A stretch of DNA of 60,507 nt from Gemmatimonadota bacterium. Lineage in GTDB: Bacteria > Gemmatimonadota > Gemmatimonadetes > Gemmatimonadales > GWC2-71-9. The position numbers and the translations under genes are program-made. This document shows positions 27,189 to 37,291 of this stretch, piece after piece (positions within the stretch are counted from its first letter, which is position 1; every line of letters begins with the position of its first letter). The notes beneath the pieces are model-generated. The model was not told where the DNA came from and searched no databases. It saw nothing but the letters and a program-made list of their open reading frames with translations. The stretch lies in NCBI GenBank assembly GCA_033763675.1, contig JANRJZ010000166.1:1-60507 (forward strand), in the 5' to 3' direction.

Positions 27189-27842
27189 TCAGGTCAGGCG
27201 AGTCTCGCTAGTACCGTCAAACCAGTGCCAGCCACTCGCCGGCACGGCGAATTCCATCGCCTCCCCCCGGCTGACCACAACCAGGCCGTCAATCCGCACG
27301 GTGAGCGCCACCCTGGCCGCATCCAGCGTGAGCAGGGTCTCGCTGCCGAGCGGCACGACTTCCTCCACCCGGGCGGTGAAGGCGCCCTGACCCTTCCCCC
27401 GGAGCAGCAGCGCCTCGGGGCGGAGCCCCAGGATGACCACCTGCCCGTCGGCCACCGCGGGCCTGGGCGCGTCGGCCTCGAGGCCGAACTCGGCCACGGC
27501 CGCCCGGTAGCCGCGCAGCCGTTCGGCGGCGTCGAAGTTCTGCCCCGCACCCCGGATGATCGCGATCCGCCGGTGTCCGAGCCCCGCGAGGTGCCGGACC
27601 ATGGCATGGGCGCCGTCGAAGTTCGCGATGCCCAGGCTGTCGTAGCCGCTGTTGCTCGGCGGCGAGTGGTATGGGTGCGGCTGGTGATCAGGCTGCGGGC
27701 GGCACCGTGCGGGCTGTAGCCCAGCTGCTGGACCACCTGCCGCACCCGCGCGCGGGTATCCTCGCGGACGAGATGACTGTCGTTGTAGACCCGGGAAACG
27801 GTAGCGACGGAGACCCCCGCCAGCCGGGCTGGCGTCCTTCAC
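27189..27842 (-). pseudogene. Chimeric relic: frameshifted LacI-family regulator fused to a sugar-ABC ATPase TOBE domain
   Basis: One frame gives ARLAGVSVATVSRV...LGYSPHGAARSLITSRTHT (LacI HTH). Another gives GAHAMVRHLAGLGHRRIAII...AERLRGY (LacI sensor), running into LGLRPEAL...EEVVPLGSETLL...HWFD (MalK/UgpC C-terminus). Confidence 0.8.
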
Positions 27843-27934
27843 ATTTTCGCCAGATTTGTCAAAGCCCGACGACGGCGCTCCCAACCCGCACGGCCCGGGC
27901 TACATTCTCCCCCCCCCTTTTCCGCCGACTCCCG

Positions 27935-29032
27935 ATGACCCGCCCCCTGACCCTCGCTCTCGCGATGCTCTGTCCTTCCCTGCTGGCTGCCCAAGGCGAT
28001 TCCGGGGACCGCGTCATCCTCGTCACTTTCGATGGGGTCCGGGTCGAGGAGTTCTTCGGCGGCCTGGACACGGTGGTGAGCGCCCGGGAGGAGGACAGCG
28101 GGATCTACGACCTGGAGCGCCTGCGGCGGGACTACTGGCGCGACACGCCGGAGGCCCGCCGCCGGGCGGTCATGCCGTTCTTCTGGGATTCGCTCGCGCC
28201 GCACGGCATGGTCCTGGGGAACCCCGCCGGTGGTGGCGGTGTGCGGATCACCAACACCCACGGGTTCTCCGCCCCGGGGTATCAGGAGCTCCTCACCGGG
28301 CGGGCCCGGCCCGACGTGACGTCCAATGACCCCGTTCGCTATCCCCACCAGACCGTCCTCGAGTACGTGCGCGAGCGGCTGCGGCTTCCGGCGCACCGGG
28401 TGGCGCTGTTCGGCTCGTGGGAGAACTTCCGGCACTATGCCGCCAGCCGGGAGGGCGCCGTGCTGGTGAATGCCGGGTACGACACCCTCCCCGCGGCCCT
28501 CCGCACGCCGGAAATGGAGCGGCTGGCGGAGCTGGAGCGTCGCGCCCTGGCCCTGTGGGAGGGTAGCCGGCTCGACGCGTTCACCGGCGCCCTGGGACTG
28601 GCCTGGCTTCGCCAGCATGACCCGCGGGTGCTGTACTTCGCCTTCAACGACACCGACGACCTTGCCCACGCCCGGCGCTACGACCGCGTGCTCGATGCCC
28701 TGCACGCACTCGATGGCTTCCTGGCGGAGCTGTGGCGCACGGTGGAATCGCTCCCGGCCTATCGGGGGCGCACCACCCTGATCCTTACCACGGACCATGG
28801 GCGCGGCCACACCCCACGGGACTGGACCGATCATGGCCAGGGGGTACCGGGCTCCGAATCCATGTGGCTCGCGGTGATCGGCCCGCGGACGCCGGACCGC
28901 GGGGAGGTGCCCGGCCTCTCCGCGACCCAGGCCAGCATCGCGGCCACCCTGCTCACCTGTCTGGGTCTCGCCCCCGAGGACTGGGCGGGCGCGCACGCGC
29001 CGCCGGTTCCCGGCGCCTGCGGGCCCCGCTAG
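27935..29032 (+). CDS. Secreted alkaline phosphatase / phosphoglyceromutase-superfamily metalloenzyme
   Basis: Signal peptide; VILVTFDGVR, FSAPGYQELLTG, DTDDLAH, LTTDHGRG. Confidence 0.8.
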   Translation: MTRPLTLALAMLCPSLLAAQGDSGDRVILVTFDGVRVEEFFGGLDTVVSAREEDSGIYDLERLRRDYWRDTPEARRRAVMPFFWDSLAPHGMVLGNPAGGGGVRITNTHGFSAPGYQELLTGRARPDVTSNDPVRYPHQTVLEYVRERLRLPAHRVALFGSWENFRHYAASREGAVLVNAGYDTLPAALRTPEMERLAELERRALALWEGSRLDAFTGALGLAWLRQHDPRVLYFAFNDTDDLAHARRYDRVLDALHALDGFLAELWRTVESLPAYRGRTTLILTTDHGRGHTPRDWTDHGQGVPGSESMWLAVIGPRTPDRGEVPGLSATQASIAATLLTCLGLAPEDWAGAHAPPVPGACGPR

Positions 29033-29141
29033 GGGTGGCCGACCCTGCCAGGAGCCGGGCGGCCGGCCCGGCGGGTGCTCCGCGCCGGGCTGCATTATTA
29101 TGCGACTGGTCAGCTAACACTTCCGTCGAAGCAGGACAGCA

Positions 29142-30272
29142 ATGAGGCTCTCCCCGCGATGGGTCCGGGGCGCCGAGGTCGCGTGCGCCCTCCTGGCGGC
29201 TTCCTCCTGCCGGGAGGAGACCGGGCCGGTCCGCCTTGGCGTGGCGTTATCCCTCTCGGAGCCGGGGGTCATGCCCATGGTGCTCGGGGCGCGGCTGGCC
29301 GCCCGTGAGATCAATGCCGCCGGGGGCATCGGCGGCCGGACCCTGGAACTGGTCGAGCGCGACGATTTCGGCGACAGCGATTCCGCGGTCGGTGTCGCGG
29401 CGGGCCTCTACGCCTCGGACGTCTCGGCGGTCATCGGCGGGGCCTACTCCGGGCTGACCCTCGCCGCGGCGCCGGTGTACAACGGCGGCCGGGAGCCGGT
29501 GGTGCAGCTGTCCCCTTCGGCATCCTCCCCGCTCCTGTCCGGCGCCGGCGACTACACCTTCCGGCTCTGCCCCAGCGACCTGGCCTATGGGGCGGCGCTC
29601 GCGAGCTTCGCGCTGGAACGCGGGCTCGGTCGGGTGGCGCTGCTCTACGTCAATGACGAATACGGCCGGGGCTTCCGCCAGACGTTTACCGCCGAGTTCC
29701 TGCGGCTGGGCGGAAAGGTGGAGGAGGCCGATCCGTTCCTGGCCGAGGATCCCGATGTCCGACCGTACCTCGCGCGGATGGTGCGGCAACGGCGGGTGGA
29801 TGCCATCGTCCTCGCGGCCAACCAGGCGGAGGGGCTTCGGGTCGTGGCCCAGATCCGGGCCGCCGGGCTCAGGCTGCCTATCCTGGCCGGAGACGGAATG
29901 GTCGGGGCGGAACGGACCGAGCCGGTGACCATGGAGGGCACCTTCATCGTTTCGGGGTACGTCATCGGCGCCCCGCATCTCCGGAACCGGGCCTTCGTGA
30001 CGGCATACCGGCGGGCCTTCCCCGAGGCGGGGCCGCCCGACCAGGGCGCGGCGGCGACCTACGACGCGGTGCACCTGCTGGCCCAGGTGCTGGAGCGGGA
30101 GGGACCCGCGCGGGAGCGGGTCCGGGGGGGCCTGGCGGAGATCGGGGGAGTTCGGGCCCCCTATGAGGGGGTGGTGGGAACGGTGGCCTTCGACGCCGCG
30201 GGAGACGTCCCGACGCTCCAGGCGACCGTCGGCGTGGCCCGCGGAGGCCTGCTCCAACCGGCCCGGCCGTAG
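29142..30272 (+). CDS. Branched-chain amino acid ABC substrate-binding protein (LivJ/K-like), orphan
   Basis: [54 protein letters not shown]; no permease is adjacent. Confidence 0.85.
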   Translation: MRLSPRWVRGAEVACALLAASSCREETGPVRLGVALSLSEPGVMPMVLGARLAAREINAAGGIGGRTLELVERDDFGDSDSAVGVAAGLYASDVSAVIGGAYSGLTLAAAPVYNGGREPVVQLSPSASSPLLSGAGDYTFRLCPSDLAYGAALASFALERGLGRVALLYVNDEYGRGFRQTFTAEFLRLGGKVEEADPFLAEDPDVRPYLARMVRQRRVDAIVLAANQAEGLRVVAQIRAAGLRLPILAGDGMVGAERTEPVTMEGTFIVSGYVIGAPHLRNRAFVTAYRRAFPEAGPPDQGAAATYDAVHLLAQVLEREGPARERVRGGLAEIGGVRAPYEGVVGTVAFDAAGDVPTLQATVGVARGGLLQPARP

Positions 30273-30381
30273 GGGGCCGGAGGGGTCCTGCGCTCCGCTT
30301 GTTCCCTCGGTTCCGCTGGTTATCTTCCCCGCCGCCAGTCCGCGCCCCCGTGCGCGACACCTTTGCCTGAGGGCTCCCCCG

Positions 30382-32523
30382 GTGACCACCCCTGCAACGA
30401 GCGGCCAGCTCGAACCCGTGGACGCATTGTACAGCCGCGACGTCTTCTCCCGTGCGGTGATGCGTCAGCGGCTCCCCAAGGACGTCTTCAAGCGCCTGAT
30501 CAAGACGATCGACCAGGGCGCGCCGCTCGACCATGGCGTCGCGGATGTGGTCGCGAACGCCATGAAGGACTGGGCGATCGAGAACGGGGCCACTCACTAC
30601 ACGCACTGGTTCCAGCCGCTCACCGGCCTCACGGCCGAGAAGCATGACAGCATGATCTCCCCCGACGGGCAGGGTGGGGTGATCTTCAATTTCTCCGGCG
30701 ATGAACTGGTCCAGGGCGAGCCGGACGCTTCCAGCTTCCCGTCGGGCGGCCTCCGCGCGACCTTCGAAGCCCGCGGCTACACCGCCTGGGACGTAACCAG
30801 CCCGGCGTTCCTCGTCCGCGGCACCGGCACCGTCACCCTCGTCATCCCGACCGCGTTCGTCTCCTGGACCGGCGAGGCGCTGGACACCAAGATCCCGCTG
30901 CTCCGCTCCATGGAAGCGCTGTCGCAGCAGGCCCTCCGCATTCTCAACATCTTCGGCACCAGCCACGGCGCCACCCGGGTGTTCACCACCGTGGGCCCGG
31001 AGCAGGAGTACTTCCTGATCGACCGGGAGCTGTACTGGAAGCGGCCGGACCTGGTGATCTGCAACCGGACCCTCTTCGGCGCCAAGCCGCCGAAGGGGCA
31101 GCAGCTCGAGGACCAGTACTTCGGGACCATCCCGGCCCGGGTACTCGCCTGCATGGCGGAGGTGGAGCGGGAGTTGTGGGCCCTCGGCGTGCCGGTCAAG
31201 ACCCGGCATAACGAGGTGGCCCCGTCGCAGTACGAGATCGCGCCGATTTTCGAGATGAGCCAGCTCGGCAGCGACCACCAGATGCTGACCATGGAGACGC
31301 TGCGCCGGGTGGCGCCGCGCCACGGCCTGGCTGCCATCCTGCACGAGAAGCCCTTCGCCGGCGTGAACGGCTCGGGCAAGCACAACAACTGGTCGATGGC
31401 CACCGACAAGGGCCACAACCTGCTGGACCCGCAGGACGACACCCACACCAACCTGCAGTTCCTGGTGTTCCTCTGTTCCGTGATCCGGGCGGTGGATCTC
31501 CATGCCGAGCTGCTGCGCGGCTCGATCGCCTCGGCGGCCAACGATCACCGGCTCGGCGCCAACGAGGCCCCGCCGGCGATCATCTCCATCTTCCTCGGCG
31601 ACATGCTGCAGGACATCCTGGACCAGGTGGAGAAGGGCCAGCTCAAGCGCACCCTGAAGGGCGGCACGATCGACCTCGGCGCCAGCACCCTGCCCATGCT
31701 GCCGCGCCATTCCGGGGACCGCAACCGCACCAGCCCCTTCGCCTTCACCGGCAACAAGTTCGAGTTCCGCGCGGTGGGCTCGAGCCAGTCCATCGCCTTC
31801 CCCAACACGGTGCTCAACACCATTGTGGCGGAGTCGCTGGACGTGGTGGCCACCGAACTGGAGCGGGCGGTGGGCAAGACCCCGACGCCCGCCCGGGTGC
31901 AGGCCGCGGCGATGGCCCTGCTCAAGAAGCTGGTGAAGCAGCACAAGCGGGTGATCTTCGGCGGGGACGGCTACTCCCAGGCCTGGCACGAGGAGGCCGA
32001 GCGGCGCGGGCTGCCGCACCTGCGGGACACGGTGGATGCCCTGGCCGCCCTGAAGACGCGGAAGTACAGCGACCTGTTCCGGAAGTACGGCGTGCTCAAC
32101 AAGTCGGAGTACGATAGCCGGCTGCTGATCGCCTACGAGAAGTACAACAAGGAACTGGCCATCGAAGCCGAGACCATGGTCACGATCGGCCGGACCCAGA
32201 TCCTGCCGGCGGCGCTGGCCTACCAGCGGCGGATCGCGGAGGCGGTGACGGCCACCGAGGGGGCCGGGGTCAAGTGCAACGACACCGTGGCCTCGCTGGG
32301 CGAGTTCGTGAACCTCGTCTCCCGGCTGCAGGAGTCGCTGGCCACGCTGGAAAAGGTCGCTGGCCACCACGACGACGACCCGGCTCGCCACGCCACCTGG
32401 ATCCGGGACAAGGTCAAGCCGGCCATGGCCGAGGTGCGCACCTTTGCCGATGCGCTCGAGGCCCACGTGGCGGCGGATCTCTGGCCCCTGCCGAGCTACC
32501 GCGAGATGCTGTTCCTCAAGTAG
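30382..32523 (+). CDS. glnN: Glutamine synthetase type III
   Basis: [92 protein letters not shown]. Confidence 0.95.
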   Translation: MTTPATSGQLEPVDALYSRDVFSRAVMRQRLPKDVFKRLIKTIDQGAPLDHGVADVVANAMKDWAIENGATHYTHWFQPLTGLTAEKHDSMISPDGQGGVIFNFSGDELVQGEPDASSFPSGGLRATFEARGYTAWDVTSPAFLVRGTGTVTLVIPTAFVSWTGEALDTKIPLLRSMEALSQQALRILNIFGTSHGATRVFTTVGPEQEYFLIDRELYWKRPDLVICNRTLFGAKPPKGQQLEDQYFGTIPARVLACMAEVERELWALGVPVKTRHNEVAPSQYEIAPIFEMSQLGSDHQMLTMETLRRVAPRHGLAAILHEKPFAGVNGSGKHNNWSMATDKGHNLLDPQDDTHTNLQFLVFLCSVIRAVDLHAELLRGSIASAANDHRLGANEAPPAIISIFLGDMLQDILDQVEKGQLKRTLKGGTIDLGASTLPMLPRHSGDRNRTSPFAFTGNKFEFRAVGSSQSIAFPNTVLNTIVAESLDVVATELERAVGKTPTPARVQAAAMALLKKLVKQHKRVIFGGDGYSQAWHEEAERRGLPHLRDTVDALAALKTRKYSDLFRKYGVLNKSEYDSRLLIAYEKYNKELAIEAETMVTIGRTQILPAALAYQRRIAEAVTATEGAGVKCNDTVASLGEFVNLVSRLQESLATLEKVAGHHDDDPARHATWIRDKVKPAMAEVRTFADALEAHVAADLWPLPSYREMLFLK

Positions 32524-32554
32524 GCGGCTCGCCGTTCCCCTTCCGCCGTACGCG

Positions 32555-32580
32555 CCGGGGCCGCAGCGATGCGGCCCCGG
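32555..32580. terminator. 11-bp GC stem with GNRA loop between convergent genes
   Basis: CCGGGGCCGCA-GCGA-TGCGGCCCCGG. Confidence 0.55.
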
Positions 32581-32604
32581 TTGCATTGGGTGGGGCGGTG
32601 GGGC

Positions 32605-33018
32605 TCAGTCGGGGTAGGTGGCGGGCACCGCCGCGAACGTGAGCACCAGCTCCTTGGCGGCGTGCACATGCGGCAGCAGTTCCGCCAGCGCTCCCTTGGT
32701 GAGCCGGATCCGGCCGGTCATCAGGGCCATCAGCGGGGCGATCCCGCCGGTCAGGACCTGCTGCCAGGCCGCCGCCGTTCCGCTCATGGTGTAACGCGCC
32801 AGCGCCTCGTCCGCGGGGGTGGCGGCCCGCGCCGCCCGGCACTCCCCATGCCAGAGGTCGAAGTAGACCAGCCGGGCGTCTTCGGGTCCGCCCGCCGGGG
32901 TCAACCGCAGCAGCACCGCTCCCTCCCAGCTGCGGGCGGCCTCCCGGTAGGCGGCGTTCTGGTTGAGCGCCGCCCCGCAGGCCATCGCCCATTCCTCCGA
33001 AAAGACCGGCGGCGTCAC
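32605..33018 (-). CDS. SCP2 sterol-binding domain protein
   Basis: GTGA overlap with aguA; VFSEEW, WEGAV, DLWHGEC, ALMTGRIRL. Confidence 0.78.
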   Translation of the reverse strand: MTPPVFSEEWAMACGAALNQNAAYREAARSWEGAVLLRLTPAGGPEDARLVYFDLWHGECRAARAATPADEALARYTMSGTAAAWQQVLTGGIAPLMALMTGRIRLTKGALAELLPHVHAAKELVLTFAAVPATYPD

Positions 33019-34070
33019 GGGGTGAGCGCCGGCCACTGCTGGGTGACGCAATGGAAGCTGCCCAGGCCCCACACCAGGTCGCGGGAGTCCACCATCCGGA
33101 TGTCGCGTCCGGGGAAGCAGCGGGCCAGGGTCTCCCGCGCGATCGCGTCGGTCGGCGGATGATAGGCCGGCACCAGGACCACCCCGTTGGCGATGTAGAA
33201 GTTCGCGTAGCTCGCCGGCAGCCGCTGGTCGTCCTGGTACATCGCGGGCGGCATGGGGAGGGTCAGGACCCGGAGCGGGCGGCCGTCCTGGTCGCTCATC
33301 CGGCGCAGCCGCTCGAGGTTCTCCCGGAGCGGCGCGTAGTTGGGGTCGCGGGGATCCTCTTCCACCACGGTGACCACGCTCGACTCGTCCACGAAGCGGG
33401 TCAGGTCGTCCACGTGGCCGTCGGTGTCGTCCCCCTCGATGCCGTCGCCCAGCCACAGGATCTTGGTGACCCCGAGGTAGTCGCGGAGATACCCCTCGAT
33501 CTGTTCCCGGGTGAGGCCGGGGTTCCGGTTGGGATTGAGGAGGCAGCTCTCGGTCGTGAGCAGGGTGCCCCGCCCGTTGACGTCGATGCTGCCCCCCTCC
33601 ATCACGATGCCGGGGCACACCACCCTGATCCCGAACCGGCTGGCGATGCGGGTGGGCACGACGTCATCGCGGTCGAACGGAGGGTACTTGCCGCCCCAGG
33701 CGTTGAAGCCCCAGTCCACGATCACCTCTTCGCGGCGGCCGGAGGCGGTCTCCCGCTGCACGAAGATGGGACCGTGATCCCGGCACCAGGCGTCGTTGGT
33801 GGGATTGTGATGGAACTGCACCCGGCCCGTCACCCCGCCGGCCGTGAGCAGCCCCCGCACCGACGCCTCCATCTCCGGGTCGGTCACGTTGATGTGCACC
33901 TCCTCCTGGGGCAGGAGGTGGCGGACGATCTCGACGAACACGGCGGGGACCGGGGCGAAGCGCCCGGGCCAGGAGGACTCCCGGTGGGGCCAGCTGAGCC
34001 AGGTCCCGCGGTGCGGGGCCCATTCAGCCGGCATCCGGAACCCCTGGGCGGCAAGGGAAGATCGGGTCAT
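33015..34070 (-). CDS. aguA: Agmatine deiminase
   Basis: RMPAEW, NDAWCRDHGP, FNAWGGKY, EGGSIDVNG, DDTDGHVD, ASYANF, GSFHCVTQQ. Confidence 0.93.
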   Translation of the reverse strand: MTRSSLAAQGFRMPAEWAPHRGTWLSWPHRESSWPGRFAPVPAVFVEIVRHLLPQEEVHINVTDPEMEASVRGLLTAGGVTGRVQFHHNPTNDAWCRDHGPIFVQRETASGRREEVIVDWGFNAWGGKYPPFDRDDVVPTRIASRFGIRVVCPGIVMEGGSIDVNGRGTLLTTESCLLNPNRNPGLTREQIEGYLRDYLGVTKILWLGDGIEGDDTDGHVDDLTRFVDESSVVTVVEEDPRDPNYAPLRENLERLRRMSDQDGRPLRVLTLPMPPAMYQDDQRLPASYANFYIANGVVLVPAYHPPTDAIARETLARCFPGRDIRMVDSRDLVWGLGSFHCVTQQWPALTP

Positions 34071-34124
34071 GGTCTCGAAGCCGGGGGACGCACGGGCCGC
34101 CTGGCCCGCCGCGCCTCCCTGGGG

Positions 34125-35012
34125 TCAGTCGATGTAGCGGCGGGTGAGGTCGCCGTAGGACTCGACCCGGCGGTCGCGGAGGAAGGGCCAGTGGGTGCGG
34201 GCGAAGTCCACCTTCCGGGTGTCGATCGGGACGATCAGCGTCTCCTCGCCGGTGCCCGCCTTCGCGAGGATCTCGCCGTTGGGGGCGCAGACGAAGCTGC
34301 CGCCCCAGAACTCGATCCCCTGGTTGGGGCCCGGCTCCAGCCCCACCCGGTTCACCGCGGCGACGTACACCCCGTTGGCGATCGCGTGGCTGCGCTGGAT
34401 CGTCTCCCACGACTGCTGCTGGCTGGCACCGAATTCCGCCTTCTCCGGCACCAGCCACCCGATGGCGGTCGGGTAGAAAAGCATCTGGGCGCCGCTGAGT
34501 GCGGTGAGCCGCGCCGCCTCCGGGTACCACTGGTCCCAGCAGATCAGCACTCCCGCCTTCGCGAACTTCGTGTCCCAGGAGCGGAAGCCGAGGTCACCGG
34601 GGGTGAAGTAGAACTTCTCGTAGTAATTCGGGTCGTCGGGGATGTGCATCTTGCGGTACTTGCCGAGGTAGCGCCCGTCGGCGTCCAGCACCGCGGTGGT
34701 GTTGTGATACAACCCCTCGGCCCGCTTCTCGAACAGCGAGGCGATGATCACCACGCCCAGCTCGCCGGCGAGGGCCGCGAGCCGCTCGGTGCTGGGGCCC
34801 GGGACCGGCTCCGCCAGCTTGAAGAACTCGTGGTCCTCCGTCTGGCAGAAGTAGTAGCTCCGGAACAGCTCCGGCAGGCAGATCACCTGCGCGCCGCGCC
34901 GGGCGGCGTCGCGGACGCGGGCGACGGCGGCGGCGAAGTTCGCCTCCGGGTCCGCGGTCATGCGCATCTGCACCAGGCCCAGCGTGACCTGGGCGGGGAG
35001 GGTCGTGGCCAT
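34125..35012 (-). CDS. aguB: Carbon-nitrogen hydrolase (N-carbamoylputrescine amidase)
   Basis: LPELF, YRKMHIPDDP, YYEKFYFTPGD, ICWDQWYPE, YPTAIGW, WPFLRDRR. Confidence 0.92.
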   Translation of the reverse strand: MATTLPAQVTLGLVQMRMTADPEANFAAAVARVRDAARRGAQVICLPELFRSYYFCQTEDHEFFKLAEPVPGPSTERLAALAGELGVVIIASLFEKRAEGLYHNTTAVLDADGRYLGKYRKMHIPDDPNYYEKFYFTPGDLGFRSWDTKFAKAGVLICWDQWYPEAARLTALSGAQMLFYPTAIGWLVPEKAEFGASQQQSWETIQRSHAIANGVYVAAVNRVGLEPGPNQGIEFWGGSFVCAPNGEILAKAGTGEETLIVPIDTRKVDFARTHWPFLRDRRVESYGDLTRRYID

Positions 35013-35183
35013 GGGGCGGAAAGATAAGCCACGCGCCCCGGGGGGAAAGCGGTGGTGACGGGGCACGTTTCCGGCCGGCGCGACGGCGTCGGGGTGAATC
35101 CGGCGCTACATTCCGGGCGTAGCGTTTCCTGATTCTCCGCGATGTCGCCCGCAACCCCTCGACCCCTCGACCCGCCAGGTGGG

Positions 35184-37145
35184 ATGTCCCCCATGCTCAC
35201 GCTTCTCCTTGCCCTGATCCAGGCCCCGGCCCAGACCCCGATCGCCCGCGTGGAAGTGACCCCCGCGACCCCCGAAGTGACCGTGGGCCAGACGCTGCAG
35301 TTGTCCGCCCGGGCACTGGACGGCGCCGGCCAGGTGGTGTCCGGGGCCCGGATCCAGTGGTTCGGGGACGGCGAGGGCAATGTGGACTCCATGGGCGTCG
35401 TGACCGGCGGCTACCAGGGCTACATCCAGGTCACCGCCGCGGCCTCCGTGGCCGGGATGCCCCGGCCGGTATTCGGGTTCGCCCGGGTGCGGGTGCTGCC
35501 GGGCGGTCCGGTCCGGGTGGCCGTGCCGGCCCTGGCCGGGCCGCTGCTGGTTGGGAGCCGCCTGACCTTGTCCGCCACCGCCTACAGCGCGGAGAACGAC
35601 CGGCGGGACGACCCGGTGACCTGGACCTCCAGCAACAGCCGGGTGGCGCAGGTGACCGCCGACGGCCGGCTCCGCGCCGTGGCCCCCGGCCGCGCCACCC
35701 TGACCGGCCGGGCGGGGACCGCCAGCGCGGCGCTGGCGGTACAGGTGATCCCGGCCGCGCTCTCGAGGCTGGAGGTGGAGCCGGGAAGCTCCCAGGCCCG
35801 TACCGGCGACGTGATCCGGTTCCGGGCGACCGGGCGGAGCGCCACCGGCCGAGACGTCAGCGGCTTCGCGGTGCGCTGGTCGGTGGCGGGGGGTGAGGGT
35901 GTGGCCACCATCGATGATGCCGGCGCGTTCGTGGCAGAGCGGCCGGGCCGCTACACCGTGACCGCCACCGCGGGGAACTTCACCGCCGATGCCGTCGTCA
36001 CGGTCTCCCTCCGGCGCGTGACCCGCGGCATGGAGGTGCTGGGCCGGGTGCCGCTCCAGTTCCGCGGCGCCGAGATCTGGGTGCACCCGAGCGGCACGTG
36101 CGCGTACATGTCCACCATCGCCGACCGGGTGTACGTGATCAACGTGGAGAACCCCCGCGCCCCGAAGATCGTGGACTCGATGATGGTGGACGCGCAGATC
36201 GTCAACGACATCATGACCACCGAGGACGGGAAGTACGGGGTCTTCTCCCGCGAGGGGGCGAGCAACCGCAGGAACGGCCTCAAGATCTTCGAGGCCAGCG
36301 ACCCCTGCCACCCAAAGGTGATCGCCGACTACACCGAGACGGTGACCGGCGGCGTGCACTCGAGCTACGTCTACCAGGGCCACGCCTACATCACCGACGA
36401 TGCCACCGGCTCGATGCGGGTGATCGACATCCGGGACCCCTACAAGCCGAAGGAAGTGGCCCGGTGGCAGACGGAGCAGACCGAGGTGGGGCGCTACGTG
36501 CACGATATCGCCGTGCAGGACGGGTTGGCGTACCTCTCCTACTGGAACGACGGGCTCATCATCCTGGACGTGGGGAACGGGATCAAGGGCGGGAGCCCGG
36601 CGAAGCCGGTGTTCGTGTCGCAGTTCAAGTATGACCTCAACGAGGAGTACGCCCGGATCGACCAGCTCTACGGGCTGGGCGCCCGGGGGACCCACACCGC
36701 GTGGCGCGCCGGGAAGTACGTCTTCGTCGGGGACGAGGTCTACGCCGCCCGCGCCGCCCGCGGGCTCGAAGACGGCAACGACCTGACTTGGGGCAAGCTG
36801 CACGTCATTGACGTCTCCGACATCGCCCACCCGAAGAAGGTGGCGTGGTACGAGCCCACCGACGGCGGGGTGCACAACGTGTGGGTCGAAGGCGACACGC
36901 TCTACCTCGGCAACTACCATGGCGGCGCCCGGGTCCTCGACATCTCGGGCGAACTCAAGGGCGACCTGCTGCGCCAGGGGCGCGAGATCAGCTGGATCTG
37001 GACCGCCGATTCCATGGGCGCCCGGGCCCGCTCCCCCTTTGCCTGGGGCGTGGTGGTGAAGCAGGGGATCATGTACGTCCCGGACATCAACACCGGCCTC
37101 TGGATCATGCGGGTGGAGCCGAAGCAGGAGCAGTTCACCCCGTAG
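35184..37145 (+). CDS. Secreted Ig-like (Big_2) repeat + LVIVD beta-propeller protein
   Basis: Signal peptide; WTSSNSRVAQV Ig motifs; repeated xxVIDxxDPxxP LVIVD-type units. Confidence 0.75.
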   Translation: MSPMLTLLLALIQAPAQTPIARVEVTPATPEVTVGQTLQLSARALDGAGQVVSGARIQWFGDGEGNVDSMGVVTGGYQGYIQVTAAASVAGMPRPVFGFARVRVLPGGPVRVAVPALAGPLLVGSRLTLSATAYSAENDRRDDPVTWTSSNSRVAQVTADGRLRAVAPGRATLTGRAGTASAALAVQVIPAALSRLEVEPGSSQARTGDVIRFRATGRSATGRDVSGFAVRWSVAGGEGVATIDDAGAFVAERPGRYTVTATAGNFTADAVVTVSLRRVTRGMEVLGRVPLQFRGAEIWVHPSGTCAYMSTIADRVYVINVENPRAPKIVDSMMVDAQIVNDIMTTEDGKYGVFSREGASNRRNGLKIFEASDPCHPKVIADYTETVTGGVHSSYVYQGHAYITDDATGSMRVIDIRDPYKPKEVARWQTEQTEVGRYVHDIAVQDGLAYLSYWNDGLIILDVGNGIKGGSPAKPVFVSQFKYDLNEEYARIDQLYGLGARGTHTAWRAGKYVFVGDEVYAARAARGLEDGNDLTWGKLHVIDVSDIAHPKKVAWYEPTDGGVHNVWVEGDTLYLGNYHGGARVLDISGELKGDLLRQGREISWIWTADSMGARARSPFAWGVVVKQGIMYVPDINTGLWIMRVEPKQEQFTP

Positions 37146-37205
37146 GGCGGCCCTGAAGCCCTCTTCATTCGCGCCTCACGCTGACCGGCGGGGCGGTGCC
37201 GTAGG

Positions 37206-37265
37206 GTAGGGGTGACCCGTGGCGGACGGGCCGGCCAACCGGTCGTCCGGGCCGCGGGTCACCCC
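37206..37265. repeat. GTAG-initiated long hairpin (REP-like)
   Basis: GGGGTGACCCG (37209-19) pairs with CGGGTCACCCC (37255-65), with inner GGACG/CGTCC and CCGG/CCGG stems. Confidence 0.6.
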
Positions 37266-37291
37266 GATCCCTTCTCCCCCCGGGGGCGGCC

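Noticed and set aside
27799-27810. Another copy of the 9-nt repeat
   Set aside because: It is a single unit explained by the LacI HTH codons for SVATV on the minus strand.
29962-32586. Long antisense ORFs (e.g. 874 aa here, 804 aa at 9146, 953 aa at 51109, 776 aa at 53565)
   Set aside because: These are shadow frames of well-supported genes, expected in high-GC DNA, and carry no motifs.
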